Assembly (NCBI RefSeq): GCF_009914755.1
Contig: NC_060926.1
Length of the DNA: 64,000 bases
Origin: the human T2T-CHM13v2.0 reference genome, Homo sapiens
Reading direction: 5' to 3' (one strand)
In this document: positions 57,064 to 64,000 of the stretch, one piece after another
How positions within the stretch are numbered: position 1 is the stretch's first letter
Layout: each line of letters begins with the position of its first letter
Program-made: the position numbers and the translations under genes
The notes under the pieces: generated by a model
The model's input: only the letters and a program-made list of their open reading frames with translations
Told to the model about the DNA's origin: nothing
The model's database searches: none

Positions 57064-58214
57064 ACGTCTAGATGTGCATTTGGACATCTGTGTCTGAGCG
57101 GCCTTGGGGGTTTATGACCCTCTGGGGACCAGGATTCCGTCACTAGTTCTCTCTGGCTCCACACCTAGCTGCATGGTTGATTAGTTCTCTTTTTCTGCTG
57201 GCATGAAGTCAAGTTCACAAGATGTGTGTGGCCACCCTGAATTTATTTCTCAGAGGATTTACAGATCCTACAAGGTGACACACTTGGTGTGCAGTGCTCC
57301 AGCCCCAGCCAAGGAGGCAGTAAAAGTGTATCAAGAAATCCTTGGCCCACAGATTTTTGCCAACAAACATTTCTCTACTTCTCAATGATGACTATGGAAT
57401 GGTAAAAGTTTGAAGATACCTTAATTTTCACAGTCAGCTGGGTTATCTCAGAGAGATACTTTCCCTAGTGAGTGTTCTTAACACTTTCTTGAGTGGAAGG
57501 AAACAATGCTTTTGAAGTGACATTCCACGATGAATTCCTTCTGCTTCTAGAGAGAGTGAACGTTTTCAGTCAAAGAAGGTGCCAGCAATTTGGATTTTGG
57601 ACTTGACTGCTTGGGAGAAGGGTTCAGAATTTCAACCAGCAACATGCCAAATCCACCTGTGTCTCTCAGTGTTCGCTCACAGCCACTTTCTTTTACACAT
57701 TTAAATCCTCTCTCCCCACTCTTAAGCATTTCCTGTGGAATAACACTCCCTGAATCCTAGCTTAAAAATAAACATGGTGGTCAACAGCTGGCCTTTGCAA
57801 TCTGGCAGAATGGAGGTTTTGTTCTGACTGTCACTTAATAGCTGGGTGATCATGGCAAGACATTTCCTCATGGCAAAGAATAGGTGAAAAGGTATTTTCT
57901 CATATGTAAGATAAGCATAATTCCTGTATCCTAGGTTTTTGTGAGGATCAAACGAAATAGTGCCCACAATGCACACAATGCACAGTGACTGCGTACATAT
58001 AGGTAAGCAAATGTCGACTGCTACCGAAGTCTCTTGAGCCCTGGCATCTGCCTGGTTGACCAACCATAGACTGATGCCTAGATCTGATGCTTTGTATAGG
58101 GAGTGGCTTGATTCCTAAGTAAAGGCCTTGACATGCAGAAGTTGATTCTCTTCTCTGTGGAGATCAGAGGTTCTCATACAGTGAGCTGGTACTGGGCTCA
58201 CCACCCCTTGCTGA

Positions 58215-58536
<322 letters not shown>

Positions 58537-59479
58537 CTTGGTAAGTATTTATTTTTTCACTCTTGATTCTTCCTTCTTCTAATTCTCTTCTCTTCACCGC
58601 TTTCACTTCACTTTTTCTTTCTGGTTCTTTTCTAGCTTGTGACCTGGGGATGCTGGTGCCCTGTATATGCGTGGCTTATTTCAGGCAAGGTCTGAGAAGC
58701 AGTTCTTTAATGCAGGCTCCTTGGCACACCTGTTTCCTTTCTTGTGGGTGACAGCTGTGCAGTAATCCTGAGGCGAGAGCTGGGAACCTCCAGTCATTGC
58801 ACTCGGCTCAGTGTGGGTTTTCCATAAATGGCCTCTGATGATGTGCTGGAGGGAGATAATTAACGCCTGGGATGCTCTATTTATACATTTGGTGCAGAGC
58901 TCACCCACCCACCTCCATCCTGGGAACCAGCCTGGCCTCCAGCCTATCGGAGAGGCTGTGTAGCTGCCACTTCACAGGGATACCTGTAGCCCATGTATGG
59001 CAGGGTGAGGGAGTGGCTGCTATGTGGGAGACACAGTGGGAAGGGCCACCAGACAGTCACCTCAGGGAGACCACAGGTAACTGGGTGGCTGGGCAGATGG
59101 CATGGGCAGCAGGACTGGGGAGCTGAGGCCCAACGGGGAAGAAAGGATCAGAGCCAGGCGTGGGAGTGGGACACAAAGGCCAACAGTCAGACTGCAGCCA
59201 GTGGCCAGAAGTCAGGGGGCAGCCGGGAGTCAGGGAGCCCTCAAGACCTAGAGGCAAGGGGAGCCAGTGGTCACAGGTCAGGAGTGTAACTGGACATCAA
59301 CAGCTCATCAGCCCCTTCCTCAGTTGGGTGGCCCCTGCGCACCTCCTGCTGTGGGAGCTGCCGATGGTAGCATGTGGCAGATAGGGCAGGAAGGTGGGTG
59401 GGGGTACTGGGTTGAGAGGTGTGGGATCTGGGGTAAGGGCAGAGTTTGACATTTTGGCAGAAGTAGTGGTACTAGGTGT

Positions 59480-60126
<647 letters not shown>

Positions 60127-60859
60127 AAGACAGTTGTTAAGGTTTGATTTGTGGGGAGTGTGGGGAAGCGAACATGTACTTTGAGAGGCGGGTAGTTTTG
60201 GGTCTGAATCTAGCTTTGTGATTACCAACCTATGTGGCCCTTGGCAGCCTACTGACATTCTTTTGAGTGTCTGTTTCCACTGACTGAAAGGGGCCATGAG
60301 ATGCACCTCTTTGGGGTGTCAGGAGGATTTAAGACAATGAGAAAGTACGGAATGGCAAGATAATTTCAGATATGTGATAACTGCTTTAAAAAGTTGTTTT
60401 TCTCTCTCTTAGTTATTGAAGAAGCTTTTGCTGAACAGGTGATGTGGTCCTATGTGGCAACCTATAATGTTGCCCACTACAGATGACCTGGCTGGAAACA
60501 GAGCCTGGAATGGGCTTGAGGTGGCATGTGCACACTGGGCGCATATGCGTGTACTCATACTTTCTGGCTTTGTTCTCTGCCTCGCTTTACGGCGCCAGGG
60601 ATCTGCCCTAAGCTGAAGTGGGCTGCAGTGTAGATGAGGAAGGGAGTCAGAGATCATCACCTGGCCCCATGGTTGTGAAGCGAAGGAGAGAGACAGCGCC
60701 TTAGTGATTTCTTGATTTCTATGTAGTCACAGAATAGGAATTTGTGACTTTGGGGTCATAAATAGCCGCCACTTGCTAGCCCCAACCTCTGTACCTAATC
60801 CTTGAGACGCGAGCTGTTCAGCTTACCTTGTGTATTTCCTGAGCCCCTGAGATGTGGAT

Positions 60860-61120
60860 GGTCTCAGCTGGGATATGCTGTAAGTGTAAACTATATGCTG
60901 GATTTTAAAGATTTTGAAAAAAAGAAGGTAAAGTATCTCGTAAATAATTTAGAACATTGACTGCATGTTGAAATGATCATATCTGAGATCATATTTGAAA
61001 TGATCACATTGAGTTAAATAAAATTATTTCTCCCAGTTTCTTTTTACTTTTTAAAAGTGGTGCCTAGGAAGTTGAAAATCACATATATAATTCATATTAT
61101 GTTTCTATTGGTCAGCACTG
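60860..61120 (-). mobile_element. MER33 fragment
   Basis: GCTGTAAGTGTAAA...TGCATGTTGAAATGAT...TTTCTATTGGTCAGCACTG. Confidence 0.7.
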
Positions 61121-62382
61121 CTTTACAGCAAAATTCAGGTGATAAAGAGAAAGAATTATTAATACTGAGACCTGGACCCGACCTTAATTCCTAACCAATG
61201 TCAGGCTTTAGAAGATGTAGCTTGTGAGCATATCTGCTAAGCTGCAGCTTTTTCAAATGTTGGCCAACCCATTCCCAAAGTATTAAAAATGCTGGCCTGT
61301 TTTTGGCCACTCTTCGGAAGGGTGCTTGGAAGTCTAGGAGGAGGCAGACTGGTGTTGCCCCACCTCACACCGTGCAGGTAGTGGTCACATGGCAGCAGTG
61401 TGGCTGCTTGACACGCAAAGCATGAATGAGACAGTGGTGGGTACTGCAAGCACGTGATGAACCAGCTGTGAAGCATCACCACACACAGGAGCAGGAGCAG
61501 AAGGTGACCGGGGAATTTGGACAGGAGAATTCCAGAGAAGGCTGGAGCCCGTGGCTGGGCAGCAACATGCCAGATTAAAGAATCCTGCTCAGTCTCTTGG
61601 AGAAGATGTGCTGGGAGAGCCAGACTGTGCCAAAGCTGATGGAGAATCTCAGAGGCACCAACACCCTTGAGGAACTTTGATCCATTTCGGGAACTAAGAC
61701 TTGGATTTGAATCCCGCTCACCCTGTGCTTGCTGTGGGAATGTAGCCCTAAGCTTTAGTTTCTTATCTGTAAAATGGCCATGAACACATACTGGGCTGCT
61801 CTGAAGACTGGCTGATGTGGGCCTGGAAAGCTGAGTGCGTGGACAGGGCCTGTCACGGCCATCTGTCGCACCTGCCTGCCAGCATCCTTTTTCCTTCTCA
61901 TACACCACCCTCATGTCCTTTTGGAATGCTCATTCGTCTTCCACCTGCTCCTGTAGGGGACACACGACCCTGGCCAGGCCAGCCAGAGTCACAGAACCTG
62001 GTTTAGGGCTGGACATGTGACCCTATCCAGGCTGAGTGCAACTCAATTCTGAGACTTTCGCTGGAAAGACTGGAACAGAGGGGATGGGGCCTGGAGTTGC
62101 TGGTGGCCACCTCGGACCCACACAGGCAGAGCTTGCTTGAGAACAAAGCCAACATGCAGGAGGAAGAGGAGGAGAGTTGGATGCATATCAATCCATCCAT
62201 AGACAAGGAGCCTGGAGGCATCCTTAGGCCCAGGATGCAGCTCTGCTGCAACAGGAAGCATCTTTGCATTTCCAGGTTACGCCAGGCAACAGACTCCCTC
62301 TTTGACTAGTTCAGCCTCTTGGGAAAACATCTTGACCCATTCAGTGCTCAGTACATGCTACAGAAAGACTGTTTTTATGTGC

Positions 62383-64000
62383 TTATAAGTGAGAACATGC
62401 TTTATTCAGTTTACTATTCCTGTGTTAGTTTGCTAAGGATAATGGTTCCAGTTCCATCCATGTCCCTGTGAAGGACATGATGTCATGCTTTTTTAATGGC
62501 TGCATAGTATTCCATGCTGTATATGTACCACTTTTTCTTTATCCAGTGTATCACTGATGGGCATTTAGGTTGATACCATGTCTTTGCTATTGTGAATAGT
62601 GTTGCAATGAACATACATGTGCATGTGTCTTTATAACAGAATAATTTATATTCCTTTTGGTATATACCCAGTAATAGGATTGCTGGATCTCTAGGTCTTT
62701 GAGGAATCACCACATTATCTTCCACAATGGTTGAACTAATTTAGTGTATAAGTGTTCCCTTTTCTCTGCAACCTCATCAGCATCTGTTATTTTTTGACTT
62801 TTTAATAGCCATTCTGACTGGTGTGAGATGATATCTCCTTATGGTTTTGATTTGTATTTCTCTAGTGATAAGTGATATTGAGCTTTCTTCATATGCTTGT
62901 TGGTTGCATGTATGTTTTCTTTTGAGAAGTGTCTGTGTCTGTTCATGTCCTTTGCCCACCTTTTAATGGGGTTGTTTTCTTCTTGCAATCTTGTTTAAAT
63001 TCTTTATAGATGCTGGATATTAGACCGTTGTCAGGTGCCTAGTTTGCAAAAATTTTCTTCTGTTCTGTAGGTTGTCTGTTTACTCTGTTGATAGTTTCTT
63101 TTGCTGTGTAGAAGTTCTTTAGTTTAATTAGATCCCATTTCTCAATTTTTGCTTTTGTTGCAATTGCTTTTGCTTCATTATGTGTCTTCATTATGAAATC
63201 TTTGCCCGTGCCTACGTCTTGAATGGTATTGCCTAGGTTGTCTTCCAGGTTTTTTATAGTTTTGGGTTTTACATTTAAGTCTTTAATCTATCTTGAGTTA
63301 ATTTTTGTATGTCGTGTAAGGAAGAGGTCTCGTTTCAATCTTCTGCATATGGCTAGTTAATTATCCCAGTAACATTTATTGAATAGGGAATCATTTTCCC
63401 ATTGCTTGTTTTTGTCAGCTTTGTGGAAGGTCAGATAGTGTAGGTGTGTGGCCTTACTGTTGTGTTCTCTGTTCTGTTGCATTAGTCTATTTTGTCTCTT
63501 TCTGTGCCAGTACCATGCTGTTTTGGTTACTGTAGCCCAGTAGTATAGTTCAAAGTTGGGTAGCATGATGGCTCCAGCTTTGTACTTTTTGCTGAGGATT
63601 GCCTTGGCTATTTGGTCTCTTTTTTAGTTATCCATATGAATTTTAAGGTAGTTTTCTCTTCTGTGAAGAATGTCAATGGTAGTTTAATGGGAATAGCATT
63701 GAATCTATAAATTGCTTTGGGCAGCATGGCCATTTTCATGATATTGATTCTTCCTATCCATGAACATGGAATATTTTTCCATTTGTTTGTGTCATCTCTG
63801 ATTTCTTTGAGCAGTGGTTTATAGTTCTCCTTGCAGAGATCTTTCACCTCCCTTGTTAGCTGTATTCCTAGGTATTTTTTTTTTTGTGTGTGTGTGTGTC
63901 AGTTGTGAATGGGAGTTCATTTGTGATTTGGCTCTCAGCTTGACTGTTGTTGGTATATAGGAATGCTAGCGATTTTTGCACATTGATTTTGTGTCATGAG
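62383..64000 (-). mobile_element. L1PA fragment (ORF2 C-terminus plus 3' UTR), runs off the window
   Basis: Disrupted ORF2 peptides [58 protein letters not shown]. Confidence 0.95.

Noticed and set aside
61237-61914. 225-aa minus-strand ORF
   Set aside because: Passes through a MIR (HFTDKKL signature); no domain or splice support
62483-63847. ORFs with strong protein similarity
   Set aside because: Frameshifted L1 ORF2 pieces, not a host gene or an active element

Overview
Primate (almost certainly human) non-coding DNA, intronic or intergenic, dominated by transposable-element remnants. It holds a full-length, young SVA_F-type element with a 14-bp TSD (1240-3061), about 20 Alus, L1/L2/MIR fragments, MaLR/ERV LTRs, hAT/Tigger MITEs and a decayed ERVL-class provirus (21.9-25.6 kb). 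No host protein-coding gene, RNA gene or CRISPR array can be supported; the supplied ORFs are repeat-derived or chance frames. I found no new gene system. The unexplained structure is a set of locally templated rearrangements of different ages: a three-piece patchwork insertion (23074-23396) copied from 26.2 kb, 25.05 kb and, inverted, 22.35-22.57 kb; an adjacent ~0.9-kb inversion in the ERVL pol with a hairpin beside it; a ~180-bp direct duplication (13.2/14.8 kb); an L1+Alu block duplicated 40 kb apart (15.7/55.6 kb); an old inverted L2 copy (43.2/45.8 kb); and a templated insert plus fold-back hairpin inside MER21 (52.5 kb). Repeat subfamily names come from recalled consensus sequences, not a database search. 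Old-repeat boundaries are approximate.
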